Shown one piece after another: positions 33,066-41,139 of a DNA stretch of 43,155 nucleotides (its first letter is position 1; the number at the start of each line of letters is the position of its first letter). The notes beneath the pieces are model-generated. The model ran no database searches and was not told the origin of the DNA. It worked only from the letters and a program-made list of their open reading frames with translations. Origin of the DNA: a virus; IMG/VR virus record IMGVR_UViG_3300045988_176298, positions 1 through 43,155 of that record. One strand, written 5' to 3'. A program made the position numbers and the translations under genes.

Positions 33066-33950
33066 TTATTTGCCTACAGTAAGAATATAGGTATTCCCCT
33101 TTTTCTCTGCGTTTACTTTACCCTCACTTCTTAAATCTCTTAGGACCATGCGAATATAATCTTTCTCATAATTAGGAAGGTATTCATAAATATTTTTTTG
33201 TAAGATGCCGTTATTTTTAGATATAACATCTATAATTTCAGGCATTACCGTATATAATATCTTTTTTCTTTCATTCAAAGCCTTTTTTATCTCAGAATCA
33301 TAAGAGAAGCAAGGATTATTAGAATTATGCAAGTATTCCCAATTATTTTGAAAATAAAGTATTCCACCTTGCCCTTTTGAATAGCAAAACCTTTTGAACT
33401 TATAAAAAAATTCTAAAGTGTTTTCGAGCTTCTGTATACTCTCATGATAATCACAAGTGTCAAGAGCATCACTGTAACTATGCAGTAATTGTTTTTCCAA
33501 TAAAGAAATTTCTTTTTCATATTGCTGTTCAAAATCAAAAGATAACTCTTCCTCTTGATCAGTGCGATGGAATTTAGGGTTATTGCTATTCTCTTCATAT
33601 TCTAATGCTCTTTCATAACCCACTTGCATAAGATAGGGAATTTCTTCATCGGTAATTTCTTTTCCATCAGCCCTGACAATTACATTTCCTAGCTCAATAT
33701 ATTCATCGGCAATATATTTCTCTGCAACTGGCTCGGTATAATCACCAGCAATATTTTTTTGTGTAACAGTTTCACTATTCGATATTGTTTCTTCATTTCC
33801 TTTTTTCCTCAGTAATAAAAAGGTAATAATAAGGAAAGATACAGTATAAGCAATTGTAAAAATTTTATTTCCAACAGTATAATTTTTAAAGTTAATTATA
33901 AATCCAACATCAAAAAATAAAAGAATTCCAATAGCAATTTTTTTCCACAT
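33066..33950 (-). CDS. Membrane-anchored protein of unknown function (294 aa) with a winged-helix-like C-terminus
   Basis: Two N-terminal TM helices and a soluble Glu/Tyr-rich body. The C-terminus is LQKNIYEYLPNYEKDYIRMVLRDLRSEGKVNAEKKGNTYIL. Strongly AT-rich. Confidence 0.7.
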   Translation of the reverse strand: MWKKIAIGILLFFDVGFIINFKNYTVGNKIFTIAYTVSFLIITFLLLRKKGNEETISNSETVTQKNIAGDYTEPVAEKYIADEYIELGNVIVRADGKEITDEEIPYLMQVGYERALEYEENSNNPKFHRTDQEEELSFDFEQQYEKEISLLEKQLLHSYSDALDTCDYHESIQKLENTLEFFYKFKRFCYSKGQGGILYFQNNWEYLHNSNNPCFSYDSEIKKALNERKKILYTVMPEIIDVISKNNGILQKNIYEYLPNYEKDYIRMVLRDLRSEGKVNAEKKGNTYILTVGK

Positions 33951-34024
33951 TGATTTTACCTATAATTAATTATTCAACAGTTACTCTGTTTTTAGTTTCC
34001 GCAGCTAAAACTTTTATACAAATA

Positions 34025-34486
34025 CTACGCTATCATGTCAAAGACTGCCAATGTCGGTTCAAAATAAATAATGCAATTATCCAGAATGGTATACTGCCCA
34101 AATTTTGAATGGAAGTAGACCAGCGCATCTTGCAGAAAGTCCTCTGTTACTTCTAAAGTATCTGCCATTTCGTAAAGATTCCGGCAGCCGTCATGGTAGG
34201 CTTTAATTATTCCCCTTAGACCCACTCGGTCGTTATATGCCCAAATTTTCCCCTTCATTTCTTGCTTCTCATTATTAGGAAGATTTTGGTTCAGGATGTC
34301 ACCGGTTCCTGTGAAATGGTGTCCAAGTTCCTCGGATGTTGCGCAAGCTTTTCCAACAGTCAGCATATCTCTACGAATAAAAATGGTATCATTCATTATT
34401 CGTCCATTTCTTCCTTTGAAATCCATCTCAATGATGGATATACCTAATTGGTCAGCTCTATCTATTAGTTCTTCATAATTATTCAT
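34025..34486 (-). CDS. ImmA/IrrE-family (COG2856-like) metallopeptidase
   Basis: CATSEELGHHFTG motif plus LWAYNDRVGL. It lies immediately downstream of the XRE repressor, as in ImmR/ImmA pairs. Confidence 0.8.
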   Translation of the reverse strand: MNNYEELIDRADQLGISIIEMDFKGRNGRIMNDTIFIRRDMLTVGKACATSEELGHHFTGTGDILNQNLPNNEKQEMKGKIWAYNDRVGLRGIIKAYHDGCRNLYEMADTLEVTEDFLQDALVYFHSKFGQYTILDNCIIYFEPTLAVFDMIA

Positions 34487-34524
34487 ATTAGCACCTCCTC
34501 AGCCAGTATATTAATAATGGTGTC

Positions 34525-35022
34525 CTATAAATTGGACTTATCTTTTTTGGCAAAATATTCCTGAATGAGGTTTTCATCATGGTCAATGTCTTCCTGCGTA
34601 ACTGGCTTGTCAGTTCTGGTCTGGGCAGCATTGACTTTAAGATAATCGGCTTCCGGCTCCTGAACAGCGGATGGGAAGGACTGAATATCGGCATCAGTGT
34701 ATTTTTTGTCCAGAGTAAGAAGCCTCACCTGTTCTGTGGCGGTTTGCTTACCTAAGGTATTCAACTGTTCATAATAAAACATGATATCTATTTTTCTTTC
34801 AATTACCTCAGAGTCAAATTCCTCGTCCCATCCCATAAGATAAGCCGGACTTGTACCTAGGGCTTCAGCAACCTTCAGTATTTTATCACGTTTCATATTA
34901 GCGATAATCCCATTTTCCCATTTACGTACAGTACTTTTTCCTACACCTATTTTATTACCCAATTCTTCAAGAGTCATGTTGTTTTGTAATCGTAACAGAC
35001 GAATTTTTTCTCCCATATCCAT
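34525..35022 (-). CDS. XRE-family (cI-like) repressor
   Basis: N-terminal HTH IRLLRLQNNMTLEELGNKIGVGKSTVRKWENG. Divergent from the cro-like gene. Confidence 0.9.
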   Translation of the reverse strand: MDMGEKIRLLRLQNNMTLEELGNKIGVGKSTVRKWENGIIANMKRDKILKVAEALGTSPAYLMGWDEEFDSEVIERKIDIMFYYEQLNTLGKQTATEQVRLLTLDKKYTDADIQSFPSAVQEPEADYLKVNAAQTRTDKPVTQEDIDHDENLIQEYFAKKDKSNL

Positions 35023-35107
35023 AGTTTTTACCGCCTTTATTTTTATGAGATTACTATATCATAAATGTGTCTTTTACGCAACATACAAATATAAATTCAA
35101 TAAAAAA

Positions 35108-35122
35108 GTGTCCTAAAAGACA
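35108..35122. promoter_or_regulatory. Operator-like site GTGTCCTAAAAGACA
   Basis: Member of the GTGTC-N6-GACAC family, upstream of the -35 element. Confidence 0.65.
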
Positions 35123-35130
35123 AAAAACTA

Positions 35131-35159
35131 TTGACATCCTAAAGTTATCATGCTATGGT
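35131..35159 (+). promoter_or_regulatory. Early rightward promoter
   Basis: TTGACA (35131-35136), 17-nt spacer, TATGGT (35154-35159), bracketed by operator sites. Confidence 0.65.
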
Positions 35160-35163
35160 TGTA

Positions 35164-35179
35164 GTGTCCTAAAAGACAC
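35164..35179. promoter_or_regulatory. Operator-like palindrome GTGTCCTAAAAGACAC
   Basis: Perfect 5-bp inverted arms, located just after the -10 element. Confidence 0.7.
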
Positions 35180-35200
35180 GAGAGAGGAGGTGAACGAAAG

Positions 35201-35434
35201 TTGAACAGATATAAATTGGAATATGAAATGAAGTCAAGGGGTATCACCATTGAAAAACTTTGTTCCGATATCGGTATGAGTCGTTCTGCTTTCTATAGGA
35301 AATGCAAAGGCTTATCAGAGTTTACTCAGAAAGAAATTCAGACAATTGTAGATTATCTAGGTTTGATATCACCAATGGGAATTTTTTTTGAAGAAAAAGT
35401 GTCCCATAAGACACTGAGAGGAAAAATGGAATAG
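35201..35434 (+). CDS. Cro/excisionase-like HTH protein (77 aa)
   Basis: ITIEKLCSDIGMSRSAFYRKCKG HTH. TTG start behind GAGAGGAGG. Divergent from the repressor gene. Confidence 0.75.
   Translation: MNRYKLEYEMKSRGITIEKLCSDIGMSRSAFYRKCKGLSEFTQKEIQTIVDYLGLISPMGIFFEEKVSHKTLRGKME
35399..35414. promoter_or_regulatory. Additional operator-like palindrome GTGTCCCATAAGACAC
   Basis: Same GTGTC-N6-GACAC architecture, inside the 3' end of the cro-like gene. A degenerate copy lies at 35443..35458. Confidence 0.55.
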
Positions 35435-35539
35435 CATTACAACTGTCCAATAAGACGGACATACGTTTACATTTGACATCTAAATTATAGAACGTTTGTT
35501 CGGGAGAATCAATAGTAAATTCTTGTAAAGGTGGTGAGA

Positions 35540-35689
35540 ATGATGGAAAAGAAAATTAGTGAAATGACGGAAAAAGAGATTCTCCGCCAGCAGCTGGAAC
35601 TGCTGGCCCAAGAATCACAAAATTGTACAGAAGAGTTGTTACCTCATTTGAGCGTGGCTATGTGCCAGATCTACGATTTACTCAAATGA
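35540..35689 (+). CDS. Hypothetical small protein (49 aa); not in the ORF track
   Basis: Manual translation: MMEKKISEMTEKEILRQQLELLAQESQNCTEELLPHLSVAMCQIYDLLK. AAAGGTGGTGAG SD upstream. Confidence 0.45.
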   Translation: MMEKKISEMTEKEILRQQLELLAQESQNCTEELLPHLSVAMCQIYDLLK

Positions 35690-35869
35690 GAAATTTTTCT
35701 TCTGTTTCCGCTTTTCCTTGCAATGCTCATTTATTCTATCGTAAGTTTCATCATATTTATCCAAAAGTTCTTCGGGTGTAAGTGTGGATAAATCCTGTTT
35801 TTCAAGATAAAGCATTGCTAAAGCAGATATCTTGCTGGTAGGAAAAGTACTTAACGAAACATCAGACAT
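35678..35869 (-). CDS. Hypothetical protein (63 aa) on the opposite strand within the early operon
   Basis: AAAGGAGATA SD. Its own TTGTAA-17-TATAAT promoter lies at 35919..35947 on the minus strand. Confidence 0.55.
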   Translation of the reverse strand: MSDVSLSTFPTSKISALAMLYLEKQDLSTLTPEELLDKYDETYDRINEHCKEKRKQKKNFSFE

Positions 35870-35918
35870 AAGTATCTCCTTTCTTTCATACTCGGTCGCT
35901 GCAACGACCTGTGCTCTA

Positions 35919-35947
35919 ATTATAGAAAGGATGGAAAAAATTTACAA
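35919..35947 (-). promoter_or_regulatory. Promoter for the minus-strand 63-aa gene
   Basis: On the minus strand: TTGTAA (35947-35942), 17-nt spacer, TATAAT (35924-35919). Confidence 0.55.
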
Positions 35948-35959
35948 GGAGAAAAGTTT

Positions 35960-36487
35960 ATGAACGATTTAAGAAAGTCAACTATTACCACATTGGAAGT
36001 GGCGGAAATGATGGAAGTACCGCACTCAGACCTTCTGAAAAAGTTGGAAGGCCGCAAAGATAGAAAAGGATATATTCAGATTTTGAACGAAGGACAAATG
36101 TCCGTGGTTGATTATTTTGTGAAATCATCCTATTTAGATGCCAAAGGGGAAGAGCGTCCGTGCTATGAGGTGACAAAACTCGGCTGTGACTTCCTGGCAA
36201 ATAAATCAACCGGAGAAAAAGGCGTGCTGTTTACGGCAAGGTATGTGAAGCGCTTCTATGAAATGGAGAATAGCATAATTGATTATCATATCGATGCTGC
36301 CACCCTCAAAGGAATTGCTGGTGCGGGTAATCTGATCAGGAGTGCCATGCGTGACCAGGGCGCAAAGCCTTACAAAGTGGCCGTGGTGCTGGATTCATTA
36401 TTTAAACAGAGCGGCCTTTCCCTTCCCTCTGATTTTATCGTCATCCCGGAATACGAACAGGCTGAACTATCAGACTTTCTGAAATAG
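35960..36487 (+). CDS. Rha-family phage regulatory protein
   Basis: TTLEVAEMMEVPHSDLLKKLE...RPCYEVTKLGCDFLANKSTGEKGVLFTARYVKRFYEME matches the Rha pattern. Confidence 0.8.
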   Translation: MNDLRKSTITTLEVAEMMEVPHSDLLKKLEGRKDRKGYIQILNEGQMSVVDYFVKSSYLDAKGEERPCYEVTKLGCDFLANKSTGEKGVLFTARYVKRFYEMENSIIDYHIDAATLKGIAGAGNLIRSAMRDQGAKPYKVAVVLDSLFKQSGLSLPSDFIVIPEYEQAELSDFLK

Positions 36488-36532
36488 AAGTCAACAATCC
36501 GAAGCTGGATGACAGAGAAAGGAGGCACTCAG

Positions 36533-36922
36533 ATGCGTGAATGGACAAGAATAACCGTCCACCAGGCTGCCAAGAAACTGGGCATCAGCGACCAGGCTGT
36601 CCGCGTACAGATGCAGTGCGGCGATATGAAAATCGGTAAGATTATACCAGGGGAGCGCGGTCACAACACCTATGTGATATACGACGAATTGGTGGACCGT
36701 GAAGTGGCACGAATGCAGGAAAGGGAAAGAGGTGAAATCCGCACGCAGGAAAATTTCACTGCTGAAGCAAGAGTTTTCAAGGACGGCAGAGTAATAACCA
36801 GAGTACGGCCGGTAGAACCCGAAGACAAGCAGGGTTACAAGGAAACACAGTTCTGTATCATCTGGATAGACCTTTTCGAATCGGCCGAAGAGGCCGAAGA
36901 ATTTCTTTTACAATACAAATAG
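36533..36922 (+). CDS. HTH (excisionase/MerR-like) domain protein
   Basis: ITVHQAAKKLGISDQAVRVQMQCGDMK. Start moved to the ATG behind AAAGGAGG. Confidence 0.6.
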   Translation: MREWTRITVHQAAKKLGISDQAVRVQMQCGDMKIGKIIPGERGHNTYVIYDELVDREVARMQERERGEIRTQENFTAEARVFKDGRVITRVRPVEPEDKQGYKETQFCIIWIDLFESAEEAEEFLLQYK

Positions 36923-36934
36923 GAGGAATTACCT

Positions 36935-37162
36935 ATGACGAAAGCATACAAAATTTATATGACAAAGTCCCCTGAGGTCGCTCGTTTACTGGGAGAGGCA
37001 CATAAGGACAAGCTGGGGAAGGATGGAGTTACATCAGTAGGAACTGGTGCTGCCAATGAAAAATGCGCCTTTATACCTCAAATTTATTTCGGCTCCGAGT
37101 ACTTTTATTGTGCAGTGGTAAGGGAATCTGATAACCCAAGTTATGAACTTATTTTTGCATAG
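36935..37162 (+). CDS. Hypothetical protein (75 aa)
   Basis: ORF behind AGGAGG. Confidence 0.55.
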   Translation: MTKAYKIYMTKSPEVARLLGEAHKDKLGKDGVTSVGTGAANEKCAFIPQIYFGSEYFYCAVVRESDNPSYELIFA

Positions 37163-37173
37163 GGGGAGAAAAC

Positions 37174-37404
37174 ATGAATAAAACAGAACGCCTGGAACTG
37201 GAAAATAAGATTCTCAGGGACATGCTGTCGGACATCCAGGAATCCGTTCAGAAACTGGATAAGGCCTCAACAGCTACCAGCGAAGAACATATTCGAGAGA
37301 CATACCGGATGATAGGATGCATCAGACATATTACAGGTAGCTTCAACGACCGGATGTCCGCGGAGAAATACCGCCGGGGAAATTCCGAGGGAGGACAGGT
37401 ATGA
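37174..37404 (+). CDS. Hypothetical protein (76 aa)
   Basis: ORF behind GGGGGAG, with a coiled-coil-like N-terminus. Confidence 0.55.
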   Translation: MNKTERLELENKILRDMLSDIQESVQKLDKASTATSEEHIRETYRMIGCIRHITGSFNDRMSAEKYRRGNSEGGQV

Positions 37405-37565
37405 GAGTTATCCAGGCAATATCCTTCCTGACCTTGATGCTGGGAGCCGGCGGGATAGAAAACCAAAACGGAGATTATCAGCCGATAGCCATAAGAATGA
37501 CGATAGTTGCTCTTGTGATAGCGCTGATAGCTTCCAGAAAGGAAAAGGCATGGATGAGACATTGA
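37401..37565 (+). CDS. Small membrane protein (54 aa); not in the ORF track
   Basis: Manual translation: MRVIQAISFLTLMLGAGGIENQNGDYQPIAIRMTIVALVIALIASRKEKAWMRH. ATGA overlap with the upstream stop. Confidence 0.45.
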   Translation: MRVIQAISFLTLMLGAGGIENQNGDYQPIAIRMTIVALVIALIASRKEKAWMRH

Positions 37566-37741
37566 AGGAACTGAAATCTATGAGAGATTTCTTTCTCACA
37601 GCGATTGAAGGAAGCAAGCGGAACATTGAAATGCGGCAGAAGAATGTAGATGCACTTAATGTGGCGATTACAGAACTTGAAAAGGCACAGAAAATAGAAA
37701 ATGCTCCGGCCTGCGGCAACAGGACACGGAGCAATAAATAA
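37550..37741 (+). CDS. Hypothetical protein (63 aa)
   Basis: ORF overlapping the previous one. No family recognised. Confidence 0.5.
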   Translation: MDETLKELKSMRDFFLTAIEGSKRNIEMRQKNVDALNVAITELEKAQKIENAPACGNRTRSNK

Positions 37742-37777
37742 TATCTCAACCTCATTATAGCACGGAGGGAAAAGTAA

Positions 37778-37954
37778 ATGCAATTTATATTTTGTAATGA
37801 TAATACCTGCCGCCATAACGTAAACGGGGTGTGCATGAGTCCTGAGTTACATATAGGCACAGAGCAAACCGGTGTTGAGCAAGGCAGAGCAAAGATTTTC
37901 AGTGTTTGCCGTGACTATGCGGTGAAGGGAAATAAAGATGCCGGAACAGATTGA
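37778..37954 (+). CDS. Cys-rich small protein (58 aa, DUF1540-like); not in the ORF track
   Basis: Manual translation: MQFIFCNDNTCRHNVNGVCMSPELHIGTEQTGVEQGRAKIFSVCRDYAVKGNKDAGTD. GGAGGGAAAAG SD upstream. Confidence 0.5.
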   Translation: MQFIFCNDNTCRHNVNGVCMSPELHIGTEQTGVEQGRAKIFSVCRDYAVKGNKDAGTD

Positions 37955-38102
37955 AAACATGATGGTCCTGGATGAGTGGTGGGACTGGAAAGAAGAGCCC
38001 GAAGAGCGGGAGTACTTTCACCCAAACCACGAACGGGTAATAAATGAGAGACATGCCTTTGAAGAGGCTGAAATGGAGGATATTTATGAGCACATTATAT
38101 GA
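37938..38102 (+). CDS. Hypothetical acidic protein (54 aa); not in the ORF track
   Basis: Manual translation: MPEQIENMMVLDEWWDWKEEPEEREYFHPNHERVINERHAFEEAEMEDIYEHII. Confidence 0.4.
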   Translation: MPEQIENMMVLDEWWDWKEEPEEREYFHPNHERVINERHAFEEAEMEDIYEHII

Positions 38103-38577
38103 AATAACTGGTCAGTATCTGCAGTTACTTGAAATGCTGGAAGAAGAGGATAACCTTGAAGAGCAGGTGGTTAAGGATACCCTGGAAGGGATTGACGGGG
38201 AGTTAGAGATTAAAGCTGATGGATACGCCAGAATTATCCGTGAACTTGATGCAGAGGCGGTTAAATATGAAGAGGAAAAGAAGCGGCTGGAGGAACGCGG
38301 CAACACTTTACGTAACAGGAGCCGTATTCTTAAGGAGTATCTGTATAACTCCATGAAACTGACTGGCAAAACAAAATTTAAGACGAATCTGTTCAGTTTT
38401 GGGATACAGAAAAATGGAGGGCTGCAGCCGATGGAGATTGTCCCTGATGTGATAATCCCGGATGAATACCTGAAAAAGGAGCCGGATAACACAAAAATCA
38501 GGGAAGCAATCAAGGAAGGAAAGTCATTGCCTTTTGCAGTCTTAAAGGAACGCGGAGACCATTTAGTTATCAGGTGA
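38086..38577 (+). CDS. Siphovirus Gp157-like protein
   Basis: MSTLYEITGQYLQLLEMLEEED... is the classic Gp157 N-terminus. Start behind GGAGGA; the track ORF begins at 38044. Confidence 0.8.
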   Translation: MSTLYEITGQYLQLLEMLEEEDNLEEQVVKDTLEGIDGELEIKADGYARIIRELDAEAVKYEEEKKRLEERGNTLRNRSRILKEYLYNSMKLTGKTKFKTNLFSFGIQKNGGLQPMEIVPDVIIPDEYLKKEPDNTKIREAIKEGKSLPFAVLKERGDHLVIR

Positions 38578-38624
38578 CATTGAGACATAGGATGCTTTAA
38601 TAACGGAGAGACAGGAGGGTTAAG

Positions 38625-38822
38625 ATGGCGAATGTGATTAAGGTAAAAAAGCCACAAATTTCGATTACGCCTGGTCGGAATTCCGGTGTAATCCGGATAG
38701 ATTCGAAAGCAGCCGGGATACTACAGGAACTGGCATATAATGCCCGAATGAGTATAGCAGAAATGGCTTCCAACCTGATTAAGTATGCGGCGGACAACAC
38801 CGTAATAGAAATGGAGGAATAA
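38625..38822 (+). CDS. Hypothetical protein (65 aa), possibly RHH-like
   Basis: VIRIDSKAAGILQELAYNARMSIAEMASNLIKYA fits a beta-helix-helix pattern. Confidence 0.5.
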   Translation: MANVIKVKKPQISITPGRNSGVIRIDSKAAGILQELAYNARMSIAEMASNLIKYAADNTVIEMEE

Positions 38823-38823
38823 C

Positions 38824-39471
38824 ATGGCTCATGTAATCTGCATTGCCGGAGAATCCGGTACTGGAAAAACGACTTCTATGAGAAATTTAGATCCGAAGAC
38901 AACATTGTATATTGACTGCGACAAGAAAGGGCTGTCTTGGAAAGGATGGAAAACACAGTTTAATCCGGAAAATAAGAATTACCTACGCACGGATTTCCCG
39001 CAGTTAGCGCTTCAGGCACTGAGGAAAGTCAATGAACAGGAGAATATGCAGCACATAAAAGTTGTGGTTATAGACACAATTAACGGCCTAATGGTGGCGG
39101 ATGAAATGCGCAGGTGTAAAGAAAAGGGTTATGACAAATGGCAGGATTTAGCCCAGAGTATCTATGACCTGATAGACTATTCCCTTACTATGAGGGATGA
39201 TGTGACTATTGTTTTTATAGCTCATACTCAAACGGACCATGATGAGAATGGATATATGTTTACCCGCATTAAGACCTCAGGGAGAAAACTGGACAAGATA
39301 ACACTGGAAAGCAAATTTTCTACTGTCCTGCTCAGTAAGTGCGTGGATGGTCGGTACGTCTTTGAAACGCAAGCAAACCTTTCCACAGCAAAAAGCCCTA
39401 TGGGGGCATTTTCGGAGAAAGAAATCGATAATGACATTGTGTCCGTAATTGCGGCCCTGGAAGAATATTAG
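38824..39471 (+). CDS. Sak4-like / AAA_24 RecA-fold ATPase
   Basis: Walker A IAGESGTGKTT, Walker B VVVIDT. Synteny Gp157 - ATPase - DUF669. Confidence 0.85.
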   Translation: MAHVICIAGESGTGKTTSMRNLDPKTTLYIDCDKKGLSWKGWKTQFNPENKNYLRTDFPQLALQALRKVNEQENMQHIKVVVIDTINGLMVADEMRRCKEKGYDKWQDLAQSIYDLIDYSLTMRDDVTIVFIAHTQTDHDENGYMFTRIKTSGRKLDKITLESKFSTVLLSKCVDGRYVFETQANLSTAKSPMGAFSEKEIDNDIVSVIAALEEY

Positions 39472-39483
39472 GAGGATTTGGAA

Positions 39484-40071
39484 ATGAAACAGTTAAATGG
39501 TTATGCGCAGGCTCAGGCATACTCAGATAGTGAAAGGCTGCCGGTTGGGGGATATGTGCTGAAAATCATGGATGTAAAGTATCAGGAGAATGAATGGGGC
39601 GATGTAATCATTCTTTCATTCGATATTGAAGAAGGGGAGCAAAAAGGCTTTTTTGCTGCAAACTACAAGGCCCAGACAGGAGAAGATAAACGGTGGAAAG
39701 GTACATACAGGCTTCGGGTGCCAAAAGATGATGGCAGTGAGCAGGATGAGTGGACAATGCGCCGGTTTAAAACTGTTGTTGCAGCATTTGAAGAATCTAA
39801 TGCCGGATATCACTGGAATTGGGATGAGCAGACATTTAAAGGCAAGGTGATAGGTGCCCTATTTAATAATAAAGAATATGATTTTGACGGCAGACATGGA
39901 TTCTATACGAACTGCCACAGCCTGGTAAAGGCTGAAAAAATACGCTCCGGAAAATTTGAAGTCCCGGCGGATACCCTTCTAAAGGCGCAGAATGGTAGTA
40001 GGAGTTCTGCACTGGTGGGGGATGGCTTCATGAATATCCCGGACGGGATTGATGAAGAACTGCCTTTTTAG
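39484..40071 (+). CDS. DUF669-like putative ssDNA-binding protein
   Basis: LPVGGYVLKIMDVKYQENEWGDVIILSFDIEEGEQKGFF, and position after the Sak4-like ATPase. ATG behind TAGGAGGA. Confidence 0.7.
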   Translation: MKQLNGYAQAQAYSDSERLPVGGYVLKIMDVKYQENEWGDVIILSFDIEEGEQKGFFAANYKAQTGEDKRWKGTYRLRVPKDDGSEQDEWTMRRFKTVVAAFEESNAGYHWNWDEQTFKGKVIGALFNNKEYDFDGRHGFYTNCHSLVKAEKIRSGKFEVPADTLLKAQNGSRSSALVGDGFMNIPDGIDEELPF

Positions 40072-40081
40072 GAGGGATGAC

Positions 40082-40642
40082 GTGAACCATTTTGAGATTG
40101 AGGGCTGCCTGCGGTCTATGGTAGTGCTGGTGGATACCAGGGAACAAGATACAAAACGGGCCAGGGAGCGCTACAGTCGCTTTCCCTGTGCCCATGTCCA
40201 CCAGGCGTTGTCTTATGGAGACTATGCTTACAACTTCCTCCTTCCGGACGGCAGGCAGTTCATGGAGTATTCTGACCATGAAATAGAGGTACCGCTGGCG
40301 GTGGAACGGAAGATGGACCTGGATGAACTGGCCGGGTGCTTCACCCGGTCAAGGGAACGGTTTGAGGCAGAGTTCATACGCGCCGGAAATAACGGTGCCC
40401 GTATTTACCTGCTGGTGGAAAATGCTTCCTGGGAGAAACTTATAGCAGGAAAATACCGCAGCAAATATAATCCGGCGGCTTTCCTGGCTTCCATCCTGGC
40501 ATGGCAGATTCGCTATAATCTACAGCTGATTATGTGCAAAGAGGAAACCACTCCGGTGCTGATCTATGAGATTTTAAAACGGGATTTAAAGGAGCGGCTG
40601 GAGCGCGGAGAGTTTGATATATGTATAGGGGAAACGGGATGA
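40082..40642 (+). CDS. ERCC4/Mus81-type nuclease domain protein (putative structure-specific endonuclease)
   Basis: VVLVDTREQ and AVERKMDLDELAGC motifs. GTG start 5 nt after AGGAGGG. Confidence 0.7.
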   Translation: MNHFEIEGCLRSMVVLVDTREQDTKRARERYSRFPCAHVHQALSYGDYAYNFLLPDGRQFMEYSDHEIEVPLAVERKMDLDELAGCFTRSRERFEAEFIRAGNNGARIYLLVENASWEKLIAGKYRSKYNPAAFLASILAWQIRYNLQLIMCKEETTPVLIYEILKRDLKERLERGEFDICIGETG

Positions 40643-41133
40643 CAAAGGAAGAGATTAAGGACAGCGTTTCAATGAAGGAAGTCATCCAGCGCTACGGGTT
40701 ACCGGAGCCAAATAGAGCGGGATTTATATCCTGCCCGTTCCACAAGGGCGATAGGCAGCCGTCTATGAGAATATATGAACAGGATTACCATTGCTTTGCC
40801 TGCGGGGAGAATGGGGATATATTCACTTTTGTACAGCAGATGGAGGATGTTCCATTTAAAGAAGCTTTCCTGTCCCTTGGAGGGACGTACCCGGAAAGGG
40901 AAGAACCCTCCTTCAGCCGGCGCCTGCGGGCTTACAGAAGGCAGAAACAAAAAGAGGCTGCACTGCGCAGGAAGGCACAGGAGCAGTGGGAGAAGCAGCA
41001 GCTTATCCGCCAGAGTAATGATTTGTGGTGGTGCCTGCGGCTATATCCTCCGCTGTCAGATCCTTGGTGTGAGGCATACAATGCCTGGCAGAAAGCGGTT
41101 TATAGGCTTGAGTATTTGAATGAGAAGAGGTGA
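40639..41133 (+). CDS. Stand-alone CHC2 (DnaG-type) zinc-finger protein
   Basis: ISCPFHKGDRQPSMRIYEQDYHCFACGENGDIFTFV is the zf-CHC2 signature. No TOPRIM-length body follows (164 aa). Confidence 0.8.
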   Translation: MTKEEIKDSVSMKEVIQRYGLPEPNRAGFISCPFHKGDRQPSMRIYEQDYHCFACGENGDIFTFVQQMEDVPFKEAFLSLGGTYPEREEPSFSRRLRAYRRQKQKEAALRRKAQEQWEKQQLIRQSNDLWWCLRLYPPLSDPWCEAYNAWQKAVYRLEYLNEKR

Positions 41134-41139
41134 TGCCAG

